Of a stretch of DNA of 48,712 nucleotides, positions 34,410-43,721 are shown piece by piece. Both the position numbers and the translations under genes were made by a program. The notes below the pieces were generated by a model, which did no database searches, was not told where the DNA came from, and saw only the letters and a list, made by a program, of their open reading frames with translations. Source of the DNA: Thermoleophilaceae bacterium (lineage in GTDB: Bacteria > Actinomycetota > Thermoleophilia > Solirubrobacterales > Thermoleophilaceae); the NCBI GenBank assembly GCA_034664185.1, contig JAXDIC010000020.1:1-48712 (forward strand), in the 5' to 3' direction. Within the stretch, counting starts at the first letter, position 1, and each line of letters begins with the position of its first letter.

Positions 34410-36497
34410 GTGACGGGAGGCGATCGCAGGCGCGCGGCCTCAGTCGCGTCCCGCCTCCTGGGGACGGGCGCGCTCGCTCGGCTCCCGTCGGGTTCCGCCC
34501 GTGGCGATTACCGGCCTGCCCTGGACGGGGTGCGGGCGGTGGCGGTGCTCGCGGTGCTCGCGTATCACGTCACCAGCAAGAGACCCATCGGCGGCTTTCT
34601 CGGCGTCGATGTCTTCTTCGTCCTGTCGGGTTATCTGATTACGACGCTGCTGCTGCGCGGACACGCGAGGAGTGGCCGCATTCGGCTGGCCGAGTTCTGG
34701 GCGCGGCGGGCGCGTCGCCTCCTGCCAGGGGTGATCCTGCTGGTCGCGGCGTGCGCGGTGGTGACCGCATCCAGCGCACCGCTCACCACCCTTCCGGCGC
34801 GGCGGTCGGACATGATCGCGACGCTGCTGTACTACGCCAACTGGCACTTCATAGCCAGCGACCAGTCGTACTTCGCGATGTTCACCGGCGCGTCGCCGCT
34901 GCGCCATGCGTGGTCGTTGGCGATCGAGGAGCAGTTCTACCTGGTCTGGCCGCTGGTCGTCCTCATCGCTCTCTACCTGGCCGCTGGCCGCCGCCGGATC
35001 CTCCTCGCCGTGATCGGACTGGGGATTGGCATCTCCGTCGCGCGCATGGCGTTGCTCTATGACGCGGCCAATCCCAGCCGGTCCTTTTACGGAACGGACA
35101 CGCGCGCCCACGCGCTGCTCATCGGGGCGGCCCTTGCGGTCTTGCTGTGGAGCCGGCCGGCACTCCTGACTCACGCGCGTGCTCGCGCCGCCGCGATCCT
35201 GTCGGGGCCGTTGATCGCGTTGGTGGTGCTGGCGGCGTTCGCCACGGTGGGTGAGGAGTCGTACTTCTACTACCACGGCGGCGCGGCCGTGTTCGCGCTC
35301 GCGGTGGCCGCTGCCCTGTGGGCCATCGAGGCGGTTCCCCGCTCGATACCGGGCTCGGTGCTCTCGTGGGCCCCACTCCGGTGGGTGGGCACCGTGTCCT
35401 ACGGCCTGTACCTCTGGCACTGGCCGATCGGCATCTGGCTCAGCGACTCGAGTCTCGGCCTCGCGGATAGGCCGAGGCAGGTCCTCGAGATTGCGTTGAC
35501 CTTTGGCGCCGCCACCGCCTCGTTCTACCTGGTCGAATGGCCCGTTCGACGCGGCGCCGTTCCGTGGCTGCGACTATCCCGGACGCGCCTTGCGGTGGTT
35601 GCGCCCGTTGCGCTGGCGATCGTCGCCGGCCTGGCCCTGGAGTCCACGAATGCCGGCTCTCCCGTTGCTCGCCAGATCGCTGACCGCAGCGACTCGCCGT
35701 GCCCTCCTGGTAGTCCGATGGCCCGTTCGACCGACTTCTCATGGTGCTCGCGCACAGCTCCGGCCGGGCCTGACTCCGCGGTGGTAGCGACCGTCGGGGA
35801 CTCGACGTCGCGCGCACTCGACCCCGGAATGCGGAGGCTCGCGAAAGCACGCGGCTGGCGCTACATCCAGGCGGGGGCGTTCTCGTGCACGGTCCTGCCA
35901 TTGACCATTCCAAGGACCGGGTCTGCGTCCGGCATCGCATATGCCAGGAACTGTCGGAGATACTTTCCAACCGTCCGGGCGCAGGTAACGGCTGCGTACC
36001 ACCCGGACATATGGATCGTCTCCGACGCGTATCCGCTGCTTCCTGTGCTCCAGCACGGCGGAACCTTCCTCAGGCAGGACGATCCGGGCTGGGCCACGAT
36101 CGTCGAGACCGCCATGCGCTCCAGCTTCCAGCACCTGACGGCGTACGGGGCGCGCGTGGTGATAGTCGCCCCGCTGCCCACAGGTGAGCCGGTCGAGTGC
36201 TCCACGCAGCGTCCGGCGCCGCGTTCCTGCACGTCGGTCAAGTACACCACCGCCGATCCCTGGGTGAGGACCCTCAACGACGTCTATCGCCGCGTGTCGG
36301 CCCATTTTCCCGGCAAGGTCGCAGACGTTTCAATCGCTGACGTTCTCTGCCCGCGCGGTCGATGTCCGGCGGTCATCGACGGGAGGGTCGCCCGCGCCGA
36401 CACCCTTCACTTCACGGCGTCGTTCAGCCGCAGGATCGTGCCTGTGATCGTCGCTCGGGCGGAGCGCGCGGGCATCGCCTTCACACGGTCGCGGTAG
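34410..36497 (+). CDS. OafA/YrhL-type membrane O-acyltransferase (acyltransferase_3) fused to a C-terminal SGNH-like domain; start provisional
   Basis: LDGVRAVAVLAVLAYH, FFVLSGYLIT and WSLAIEEQFYLVWP are acyltransferase-3 motifs. About 10 TM segments follow. The C-terminal soluble domain has VGDSTSRAL, a GDS(L) block. Confidence 0.8.
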   Translation: MTGGDRRRAASVASRLLGTGALARLPSGSARGDYRPALDGVRAVAVLAVLAYHVTSKRPIGGFLGVDVFFVLSGYLITTLLLRGHARSGRIRLAEFWARRARRLLPGVILLVAACAVVTASSAPLTTLPARRSDMIATLLYYANWHFIASDQSYFAMFTGASPLRHAWSLAIEEQFYLVWPLVVLIALYLAAGRRRILLAVIGLGIGISVARMALLYDAANPSRSFYGTDTRAHALLIGAALAVLLWSRPALLTHARARAAAILSGPLIALVVLAAFATVGEESYFYYHGGAAVFALAVAAALWAIEAVPRSIPGSVLSWAPLRWVGTVSYGLYLWHWPIGIWLSDSSLGLADRPRQVLEIALTFGAATASFYLVEWPVRRGAVPWLRLSRTRLAVVAPVALAIVAGLALESTNAGSPVARQIADRSDSPCPPGSPMARSTDFSWCSRTAPAGPDSAVVATVGDSTSRALDPGMRRLAKARGWRYIQAGAFSCTVLPLTIPRTGSASGIAYARNCRRYFPTVRAQVTAAYHPDIWIVSDAYPLLPVLQHGGTFLRQDDPGWATIVETAMRSSFQHLTAYGARVVIVAPLPTGEPVECSTQRPAPRSCTSVKYTTADPWVRTLNDVYRRVSAHFPGKVADVSIADVLCPRGRCPAVIDGRVARADTLHFTASFSRRIVPVIVARAERAGIAFTRSR

Positions 36498-36510
36498 TCT
36501 GCCGGCCCGT
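36488..36510 (+). promoter_or_regulatory. Copy B of the 23-nt motif; TAGTCT (36495-36500) lies 9 nt before the TTG start of the epimerase gene
   Basis: Same motif as 34375-34397. It overlaps the TAG stop of the acyltransferase gene, and its last base is the first base of the TTG at 36510. Confidence 0.35.
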
Positions 36511-37442
36511 TGAACGCCCTGGTCACCGGCGGCGCCGGCTTCATCGGCTCGCATCTCGTCCGCGCCCTGCTGGACCGGGGCGACGCCGTCAGGGTCCTCG
36601 ACAACATGTCGACCGGCCACGCGGCCAACGTCGCGGGCCTGGACGTCGACTTCGTGGAGGGCGACCTGCGCTCCTACGAGCGCGTGTCGACGGCGGTTCG
36701 CGGCACCGACGCCATCTTCCACCTGGGCGCGCTTCCGTCGGTGCCGCGCTCGATTCAGGACCCGCTCACCAGCAACGCCGTGAACGTGGAGGGGACGCTC
36801 AACGTCCTGCTGGCGGCTCGGGACGCCGGCGTGCGCCGGATCGTGTTCGCCTCGTCCAGCTCCATCTACGGCCAGAGCCCCGACATGCCCCGGACGGAGA
36901 CCCAGCGGCTGGCCCCCCTCTCCCCCTACGCGGTGTCCAAGATGGCCGCGGAGCAGTACGTGATCGCGCTCGGGCCCGTGTACGGCGTGGAGACCACCGC
37001 GCTGCGCTACTTCAACGTCTTCGGGGAGAGGCAGGACGCGCTCTCCGGATACGCCGCTGTCATCCCCAGGTTCATCCGCACGATGCTGGCCGGCGAGCGC
37101 CCGACCGTGTTCGGCGACGGATCGGCGTCGCGCGACTTCACCCACGTGGCCAACGTGGTGGACGCCACGATCGCGGCGGCGGCGGCGCCGGGCGCGCCGG
37201 GTCTGGCGATCAACGTCGCCATGGGCCAGCAGCGCACGGTGAACGAGCTGGTCGACGCGCTGGGCGAGGTGACCGGCGCCAGCCAGGCACCCGTGTACGC
37301 GGAGCCGCGCCTGGGCGACGTGAAGGACAGCGTGGCCGACATCTCCCGCGCGCGCGAGGTGCTGGGGTACGAGCCGAAGGTGGACTTCGTCAGCGGGCTG
37401 CGCCGCACCTTCGACTGGCTCGCGGCTCGGGCAGCCGACTGA
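36510..37442 (+). CDS. NAD-dependent sugar-nucleotide 4-epimerase (WbpP/TviC-like extended SDR)
   Basis: 310 aa with VTGGAGFIGSHL, SSSSIYG, YAVSK and FGDGSASRDFTHVANVV. Confidence 0.85.
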   Translation: MNALVTGGAGFIGSHLVRALLDRGDAVRVLDNMSTGHAANVAGLDVDFVEGDLRSYERVSTAVRGTDAIFHLGALPSVPRSIQDPLTSNAVNVEGTLNVLLAARDAGVRRIVFASSSSIYGQSPDMPRTETQRLAPLSPYAVSKMAAEQYVIALGPVYGVETTALRYFNVFGERQDALSGYAAVIPRFIRTMLAGERPTVFGDGSASRDFTHVANVVDATIAAAAAPGAPGLAINVAMGQQRTVNELVDALGEVTGASQAPVYAEPRLGDVKDSVADISRAREVLGYEPKVDFVSGLRRTFDWLAARAAD

Positions 37443-37454
37443 CGACAGGCGCGC

Positions 37455-38504
37455 TCACACGAACCGCCGGATCCACCCGGCGGCCAGGTCGCGCCGGATC
37501 CGCCAGTCGTCGGCCAGCTCCTCTCCCCCCGCCTCCGGCACATCTGCCCACCAGCGGTCGCCGAGCTCCCCAAGGCCCTCGATCTCGGCCCTCATGCTCC
37601 GGACGTAGGGCATCCACAGCAGCCGGCGCTGGGACGCTGTGACGCGAAACCGCGGACTGAGCCGTCCCACCAGGTGCGGGGGCCGGCCGCGCCAGGACAG
37701 GTAGTTGCCGGGCAGCAGCGGCCGCCGGTGGAAGGCGCGTGCTCGCCGTAGCCGCAGCGACTGGAAGTGGAAGAACACGGCCGGCACCCCGTCCGCGCGA
37801 GGAGCGTCCACCGTGCCGGAGAGGCGGTGGTGGCCCACGTTCCACGGAGCCAGGCCGATCCCGATCGAGGGAGCCACCCGGACGCCCTCGAGGGCCGCCA
37901 GCGGCTCGAGGTAGCGCTGGTTGCCGTAACGCCCCGGCTCCACCCGGTCGTGGCACCACCCAAGCGTTCGCGCCCGCCACTCGGACGCAACCCGCCGCCC
38001 GATCGGGTCGTTGCGCAGCACGACGGTCCCGCCGTTCACGGACCCGTAGCGAGCCTCCAGCCACTGCGGGGTCTCTGAGTTGGAGAACGGCTGGTCGTAG
38101 CGATGCGGGATCAGCAGCGCGGACTCCGAGCCCATCGCCTCGACCAGTGCGCCGGGATGCAAGAAGAACGCGATGTCGGCGTCGACGAAGGCGATCGCGG
38201 CGTCCTCGGGCACCGAGGCGAGCTCCGCGCGGCAGAGTGCCGGCGCCAGCGTCCAGCACCACTCGCGTCTCGAGCGCCCCGGTTGGGCGGCCGGCAGCTC
38301 CGGGTCGAGCGCCTCCAACTCGCCGGCCGTGGTCACGGAGACGGTCGGGTCGGCTCGATCCCGCCAGAACCGCGCCACGTCGTCATCGACGGCGAGCACC
38401 CGCAGGCACGCCTCGGGAGCGACGGCCCGCAGCGACCGATGCAGCACCAGGGCCTGCGGCAGGAAGGCCAGGTCGCAGAGGGTCAGCAGGCGAAGGGGCG
38501 TCAC
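37455..38504 (-). CDS. Nucleotide-diphospho-sugar transferase-like (GT-A fold, GT8-like) protein; start provisional (GTG 38504, GTGA overlap)
   Basis: This is the C-terminal 349 codons of track ORF 37455..39023. LLTLCDLAFLPQALVLHRSL and FVDADIAFF (DxD) resemble GT8/nucleotidyl-sugar transferase N-termini. Confidence 0.45.
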   Translation of the reverse strand: MTPLRLLTLCDLAFLPQALVLHRSLRAVAPEACLRVLAVDDDVARFWRDRADPTVSVTTAGELEALDPELPAAQPGRSRREWCWTLAPALCRAELASVPEDAAIAFVDADIAFFLHPGALVEAMGSESALLIPHRYDQPFSNSETPQWLEARYGSVNGGTVVLRNDPIGRRVASEWRARTLGWCHDRVEPGRYGNQRYLEPLAALEGVRVAPSIGIGLAPWNVGHHRLSGTVDAPRADGVPAVFFHFQSLRLRRARAFHRRPLLPGNYLSWRGRPPHLVGRLSPRFRVTASQRRLLWMPYVRSMRAEIEGLGELGDRWWADVPEAGGEELADDWRIRRDLAAGWIRRFV

Positions 38505-39445
38505 CGCGTGGGGACGGGCCGCGTGCGCCGCCCCTCGGGCAGGGGCGCGGCGCCGTAGCGCGCCGGGTCGAAGCGCAGCGTGGCCAGCAGCTCCGTCCAC
38601 TGGGCCCGCGGCGAAATCCCCCGAAGCATGTCCTGGACCAGCGAGCGCAGAATCATCAGGACCCGCGCCGCCCGGAGGGCGAGCCGGGCGGGCGCGCGAT
38701 GCCACTTCCGCAGGTAGACGAGCCGCGACCACGCGAGGAGCCGAATCTGGTGGGCGTCGAGCGACCGTCCCGCCAGCGGGTGCACCACGGTGGCGGACGG
38801 CAGGTACCGCACCTGCCATCCGGCCTGGCGCGCGCGCGCGCACAGGTCGACCTCCTCCGAGTAGAGGAAGAACCGCTCGTCGAGGCCGCCCAGGTCGTCC
38901 AGCACGTCCCGCCGCACGAGCAGGAAGCTGCCGGCCGCCCAGGCGGCGGTCGCCTCGCCGGCGTAGCGCTCGGGCTCCGAGTACCAATCGCCCCCCACGC
39001 CACGCAGGGCCATCCGCATCCACTGGCGAAGGCTCACCGGCCGACCGAGGTTCAGGACCAGATCGCCGTGCTGGTCGACCGTGCGCACCGTCGCGATGGC
39101 AACCGGGGGCAGTGCGTCGCAGCGCGCCAACAGCTGCGAGAGCGAGCCCTCGACCATCCGCACGTCCGGGTTGACCAGCAGCACCCAGCGAGCGCCGGCC
39201 AGCGCCGGATCGGCCAGTGCGCGGTTCACGGCGGCCGCGAACCCGCGGTTGGGGCCCGGCAGGAAGTGGAGCGGCAGCCGCGCGGCCAGCTCCGCCACGC
39301 CATCGGTCGACCCCGCGTCCGACACCACCAGGCGCGGCTCCAGGTCCCCCTGGTGATCGAGCAGCGCCCGCACACAGGCCTCCAGGTCCCGTGAGCTCTG
39401 GTGCGTCACGACGACCACCCCCAGATCGCTGGGACTAGGGAGCAT
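38501..39445 (-). CDS. GT2-family glycosyltransferase (rhamnosyltransferase-like); ATG 39445 preferred over track TTG 39472
   Basis: LGVVVVTHQSSRDLEACVRAL, VVSDAGSTDG and FFLYSEEVDLCARARQAGW are typical of WbbL-type GT2 enzymes. Confidence 0.8.
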   Translation of the reverse strand: MLPSPSDLGVVVVTHQSSRDLEACVRALLDHQGDLEPRLVVSDAGSTDGVAELAARLPLHFLPGPNRGFAAAVNRALADPALAGARWVLLVNPDVRMVEGSLSQLLARCDALPPVAIATVRTVDQHGDLVLNLGRPVSLRQWMRMALRGVGGDWYSEPERYAGEATAAWAAGSFLLVRRDVLDDLGGLDERFFLYSEEVDLCARARQAGWQVRYLPSATVVHPLAGRSLDAHQIRLLAWSRLVYLRKWHRAPARLALRAARVLMILRSLVQDMLRGISPRAQWTELLATLRFDPARYGAAPLPEGRRTRPVPTR

Positions 39446-40313
39446 CGCGGCGACTCTCGCTCCATAGGCCAAGGCCCCACGCGCCGAAGCCGAGCAGCAC
39501 CAGGGGGAAGAGCTGCCGCGCGCGCTCGTGCTCTCGCGGCGCCCAGTCGGCCAGGTTGCCGTAGAGATAGCCGACCCGCCTCAGCGTGCGCCGGATCGCG
39601 GTCCGGCCGGGACGAGCGGGGACATGGCCCAGGCGTCTCTCGAGGCGGGCGTGTCCCGCCGCGAGCGCGTACTGGTGCGCCAGCACCGTCGGCAATCGGC
39701 GGCGGTTGTGGTGCACGATCGGCGCCTCGCGCGCGAAGACGAACAGCCCCGCCTCTCGCAGCCGCCATGTCAGCAGCGTGTCCTCGCAGGCGCCCAGGTC
39801 CTCGGGGAACGGGCCGAAGCGCTCCCAGACCTCGCGTGGCAGGAGCAGGTTGCACGTCGCGCCGTGCTGGGCCTGGAGCCTCCGATGAGGGTGAAGGTCC
39901 GAGAACTCCACCAGGTACTCCACCGTGCCGGCCCTGCTGTCAGGAGTGCCGTTGATCACGCTGCCGGCCACGCACCGCACCCCGGCGGCCCGCTCGCACA
40001 TGCGGGTCAGCCACCCCGGCGGCGCAGTCACATCGGAATCGGTGAAGGCAAGCAGGCGGCCTCGAGCCAGTGCCGCCCCCATGTTCCGCGCCCGCGCGGC
40101 CGAATGGCGGGGCGTGACGGCCACCACCTTCAGCCGCGGATCCGGGTCCAGGCGCGGGAGGTCGCGGGGGTCGTCGGCGCTGGCCACGACGATCACCTCG
40201 AAGCGGCCCGCGAAGCGCTGGGCCAGCAGGTTGGCCACGCAACCCGGCAGCGTGCACTCGGACCGGAACGCCGGCACGATGACCGAGACATCGGTGAGCG
40301 TCTCCTCGCTCAA
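39435..40313 (-). CDS. GT2-family glycosyltransferase
   Basis: 292 aa. VSVIVPAFRSECTLPGCVANLLAQ, FTDSDV (DxD) and CEDTLLTW fit GT2. The start is a TTG, 17 nt from a divergent GTG. Confidence 0.8.
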   Translation of the reverse strand: MSEETLTDVSVIVPAFRSECTLPGCVANLLAQRFAGRFEVIVVASADDPRDLPRLDPDPRLKVVAVTPRHSAARARNMGAALARGRLLAFTDSDVTAPPGWLTRMCERAAGVRCVAGSVINGTPDSRAGTVEYLVEFSDLHPHRRLQAQHGATCNLLLPREVWERFGPFPEDLGACEDTLLTWRLREAGLFVFAREAPIVHHNRRRLPTVLAHQYALAAGHARLERRLGHVPARPGRTAIRRTLRRVGYLYGNLADWAPREHERARQLFPLVLLGFGAWGLGLWSESRRDAP

Positions 40314-40330
40314 TCGTCTAGAAGTAGCCG

Positions 40331-41467
40331 GTGCGCACGCTCGTCATGGCGTTCGAGCCCGTCGTGCCGGCGCGCTCGGGGCTTCCGCTTCGGATCCTGC
40401 ACCTGGCCCGTGCGCTCAGCCAGGTGGCCGAGGTCGATCTGGTGGCGCTCGGCCACCAGCCGGTGCCCCGTCACGACGAGCCCTTCGACATACGGCACGT
40501 TCCCCTCGAGTGGAGCAGCAGCCGCGCGCGCCTCCGCGCGATCCGGGAGCCGTGGTCGGTCGCCCAGTGGCACAGCCCCGCCATGCGCGCGCTCGTGCGG
40601 GCGGGGCGCTGGGACACGGTGCAGGCACACACGCTCGCGGTGCTCCCGATGGCCGCGGACGCCGGCTGCCCGGTGGTGCTGGACGCGCACGATGCCTGGA
40701 CGGACGTGACCGCCACCATGGCCCGGACGGACTCGCGCCGCGGCAGGCGCGTGTGGTGGCGGTTGGAGCACGCCAAGGCCGTGGCCGCCGAGCGCCGCGC
40801 CGCGCGGTCGACCGCCGCCGTCACCGTCCCCACCGAGGCGGAGGCGGAGCTGTTCGAGGGCTACGGCGCCCGTGCGGTTGTCGTGCCGAACGGGGTGGAC
40901 CTGAGTGCGACCCCGCACGCGCCGCCCACGCCGGAGCCCCACGTCGTTTTTGTCGGCTACTACCTCTGGCGCCCCAACCTCGAGGCGGCGGTCGAGCTGG
41001 TCGACCGGGTCATGCCGCTCCTGCGCGCCCGCCTCCCCGGCGCGTCGCTTCGGCTGGTGGGAAGGGACCCGGCGCCGGAGCTGCTCGCCCGCGCGGGGCC
41101 CGGGGTGGAGGTGACCGGCGCCGTTCCGGACGTCCTGCCCCATCTGCGCTGGGCGGGGGTCACGGTGCTGCCGATCCGTGCCGGCGGAGGCTCGCGCCTC
41201 AAGGCGCTCGAGGCGCTGGCGGCGGGCGTGCCGGTCGTCGCGACGCCGTTCGCGGTCAACGGGCTCGGGCTGCGGGACGGCGAGCACGTGCTGCTCGGCC
41301 AGCGGCCGGGCGACCTGGCCGACCAGGCCGCGCGAGTGCTCGAGGATCGCGCGCTGGCGGAGCGGCTCTCGATCGCGGGCCGCGCCCTGGTGGAGCGCCG
41401 CTTCGACTGGCCGCGGGTGGCGCGGCCGCTGGTCGAGCTCCATCACGAGCTGGCCGGGACGGCGTAG
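40331..41467 (+). CDS. GT4/GT1-like retaining glycosyltransferase
   Basis: 378 aa. The C-terminal GGGSRLKALEALAAGVPVVATPFAVNG is an EX7E-like segment. Confidence 0.75.
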   Translation: MRTLVMAFEPVVPARSGLPLRILHLARALSQVAEVDLVALGHQPVPRHDEPFDIRHVPLEWSSSRARLRAIREPWSVAQWHSPAMRALVRAGRWDTVQAHTLAVLPMAADAGCPVVLDAHDAWTDVTATMARTDSRRGRRVWWRLEHAKAVAAERRAARSTAAVTVPTEAEAELFEGYGARAVVVPNGVDLSATPHAPPTPEPHVVFVGYYLWRPNLEAAVELVDRVMPLLRARLPGASLRLVGRDPAPELLARAGPGVEVTGAVPDVLPHLRWAGVTVLPIRAGGGSRLKALEALAAGVPVVATPFAVNGLGLRDGEHVLLGQRPGDLADQAARVLEDRALAERLSIAGRALVERRFDWPRVARPLVELHHELAGTA

Positions 41468-41514
41468 ACCGCGCGGCGCGACCGCCGCAGCCGGTACCAC
41501 CGGCGTGGAGTATC

Positions 41515-43182
41515 GTGGCGCCGTTGTCCGACCAGCTCGCCCCGTCTGCCGCCCGATCCCGCGTCGGGGCCACCCGGGCCGACGTCCTCGCCGTCAGCGC
41601 GCGCGGAGTCGACAAGAGCTTCGTTCTGCCTCATGCCGGCCGGGCGCACACGCTTCGCGAGCAGGTACTGCGTCCCAGGCGCCGCCAGCCGCCCGCCGTC
41701 CTCCGCGCCCTCCGCGAGCTGAGCTTCGACATCTCGCCGGGGGAGTTCGTCGCCATCGTGGGCCGCAACGGCAGCGGCAAGAGCACACTGCTGCGCTGCA
41801 TCGCCGGAATCTATCCCGTCGACGGAGGCCAGGTGGAGGTGAATGGGCGCGTTGCGCCCTTCATCGAGCTCGGCGTGGGGTTCCAGCCCGGCCTGAGCGC
41901 CAGCGACAACCTCGTCACGAGCGGCGTCATGATGGGCGCGTCGGCGCGCGAGATGCGCCGTCGCCAGAGTGAGATCCTGAGGTTCGCGGAGCTGGAGGAC
42001 TTCGCCGGGCTCAAGCTCCGCAACTACTCGTCGGGGATGACGCTGCGCCTGGCGTTCGCGCTCACCACGCAGATCGACGCCGACGTGCTGCTCTTCGACG
42101 AGGTCTTCGCGGTCGGCGACGTGGGGTTCCAGGAGCGCTGCTTCCAGCGCTTCGTCGAGCTGAAGGCCAGCGGCCGCACGCTCGTGCTTGTCACCCACGA
42201 CATGGCGTCGGTGCGCCGGCTCTGCGACCGGGCGCTGCTCCTCCACCACGGCGAGCTGGTCCTGGACGGCGATCCGGAAGCGGTGGCGGTCGCGTACGAG
42301 GAGCTGAACGCCAGGCCCAACGAGGGCCCCGCGGTCGTCCATGGCACTCCCGCGCGCCCGCCGGCCCCGCCGCGCCGGAAGCCGGTGCTGGGCAAATGGC
42401 GGCGGCTGTGGGCCGTCGCGTTCCGGCTCGCCATGATCGAGTTCAAGCTCAAGTACCTCGACGCCAAGCTCGGCTACTTCTGGTCGATCACCCGCCCGCT
42501 GCTCGTGTTCGGACTGCTCTACGTCGTGTTCACCAACGTGGCGCACTTCGACAACCGGGTGAACCACTATGCGCTCTACCTGCTCACTGCGCTGGTGCTG
42601 TGGGGCTTCTTCCTCGACGCGACCACGTCGGGGGTGCTGTGCCTCGTGCGCAACGCGGATCTGCTGCGCAAGCTCCCGATACCGCGATCCGCCGTGCCGC
42701 TCGGCGTGGTCCTCCGCGCGCTGCTCGACCTCGGGATGAACCTGGTCGCCGTGGTCGCGCTCTCGGTGCTGGTCGGCGCTCCCCCACGACTGTCGTGGCT
42801 CGAGCTGCCCCTGCTGATCGGGATGCTCGCCGTGCTCACCACCGGCGTGACGCTGCTCGCCGCCGCGCTCTACGTGCGCTTCCGGGACATCGACCAGATC
42901 TGGACGGTGCTGGGCCAGATGCTGTTCTACGGGTCGCCGATCCTGTACACGGTCAGCTTCCTCCCATCGAGCGTGCGCGCCGACGTGGTCAGGTTCGACC
43001 CGCTGGCCACGATCTTCACGCAGATGGGCCACGCGGTCGTCGATCCCAGCGCGCTCAGCGCCGCGTCCGTCGCCGGCGGATCCGGCTGGCTGGTGGTCTC
43101 CTGCGGCATCTGCTTCGCGCTCCTGCTGCTCGGCGGGGCGGTGTTCGCGCGCGTGGCGCCGCGGGCCGCGGAGCGCCTGTGA
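41515..43182 (+). CDS. Fused polysaccharide/teichoic-acid-type ABC exporter: Wzt/TagH-like ATPase (N) + Wzm/TagG-like ABC-2 permease (C)
   Basis: GGAG lies 4 nt before GTG 41515. The ATPase part has Walker A GRNGSGKST, signature YSSGMTLRLAFA, Walker B DVLLFDEV and H-loop LVTHDM. The same frame continues through a Pro-rich linker into KYLDAKLGYFWSITRPLL and about 6 TM segments, with no stop between. Confidence 0.75.
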   Translation: MAPLSDQLAPSAARSRVGATRADVLAVSARGVDKSFVLPHAGRAHTLREQVLRPRRRQPPAVLRALRELSFDISPGEFVAIVGRNGSGKSTLLRCIAGIYPVDGGQVEVNGRVAPFIELGVGFQPGLSASDNLVTSGVMMGASAREMRRRQSEILRFAELEDFAGLKLRNYSSGMTLRLAFALTTQIDADVLLFDEVFAVGDVGFQERCFQRFVELKASGRTLVLVTHDMASVRRLCDRALLLHHGELVLDGDPEAVAVAYEELNARPNEGPAVVHGTPARPPAPPRRKPVLGKWRRLWAVAFRLAMIEFKLKYLDAKLGYFWSITRPLLVFGLLYVVFTNVAHFDNRVNHYALYLLTALVLWGFFLDATTSGVLCLVRNADLLRKLPIPRSAVPLGVVLRALLDLGMNLVAVVALSVLVGAPPRLSWLELPLLIGMLAVLTTGVTLLAAALYVRFRDIDQIWTVLGQMLFYGSPILYTVSFLPSSVRADVVRFDPLATIFTQMGHAVVDPSALSAASVAGGSGWLVVSCGICFALLLLGGAVFARVAPRAAERL

Positions 43183-43211
43183 GCCTCCCACGTGGCCTGC
43201 CGGATCCGACC

Positions 43212-43721
43212 ATGTCGTTCTGGCAGCTCCTCAAGGAGGACTGGATCGCGCACGAGCGCGACTGGACCCGGCCGGGCTTCCGCGCGGTGGCCGTACACCG
43301 GCTGGGCAACCTCCAGCTCGACACGCCGCGCCCGCTTCACCGGTGCGGCCGGTTCCTGCACAGGGTGCTCTACCGCTGGGTTCGCAACCGCTACTCGATC
43401 GAGTTGCCGTACGCGGTCGAACTCGGGCGCCGCCCGATCATCGAGCACCAGGGTGCGATCATCATCCACGGGTTTGCCCGGCTGGGCGACGACTGCATCG
43501 TCCGCCAGGGCACGACCATCGGCAACCGCTATCGCGATCGTCCGCTCGACGCGCCGCGCCTGGGTGACCGGGTCGACGTGGGCGCCGGCGCGCAGATCCT
43601 GGGCGCCGTGAGCGTCGGGGACGACGCGCGAGTCGGAGCCAACGCCGTGGTGATCGATGACATTCCCGCGGGCCACACGGCCGTGGGAGTGCCGGCCGTG
43701 GCCCGGCCGACCAAGCCGTGA
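43212..43721 (+). CDS. Left-handed beta-helix (hexapeptide-repeat) O-acetyltransferase, serine-acetyltransferase/WcaB-like
   Basis: 169 aa from the ATG at 43212. WIAHERDWTRPGFRAVAVHRLGN is followed by hexapeptide repeats (GDRVDVGAGAQILGAVSVGDDARVGANAVV). Confidence 0.75.
   Translation: MSFWQLLKEDWIAHERDWTRPGFRAVAVHRLGNLQLDTPRPLHRCGRFLHRVLYRWVRNRYSIELPYAVELGRRPIIEHQGAIIIHGFARLGDDCIVRQGTTIGNRYRDRPLDAPRLGDRVDVGAGAQILGAVSVGDDARVGANAVVIDDIPAGHTAVGVPAVARPTKP

Noticed and set aside
39925-41514. N-terminal 530 codons of track ORF 39925..43182, which would make a 1085-aa ABC protein
   Set aside because: This part is low-complexity. It overlaps the GT2 gene on the opposite strand and the GT4 gene (40331-41467) in another frame. 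A GGAG Shine-Dalgarno sequence and GTG at 41515 give a normal Wzt N-terminus.
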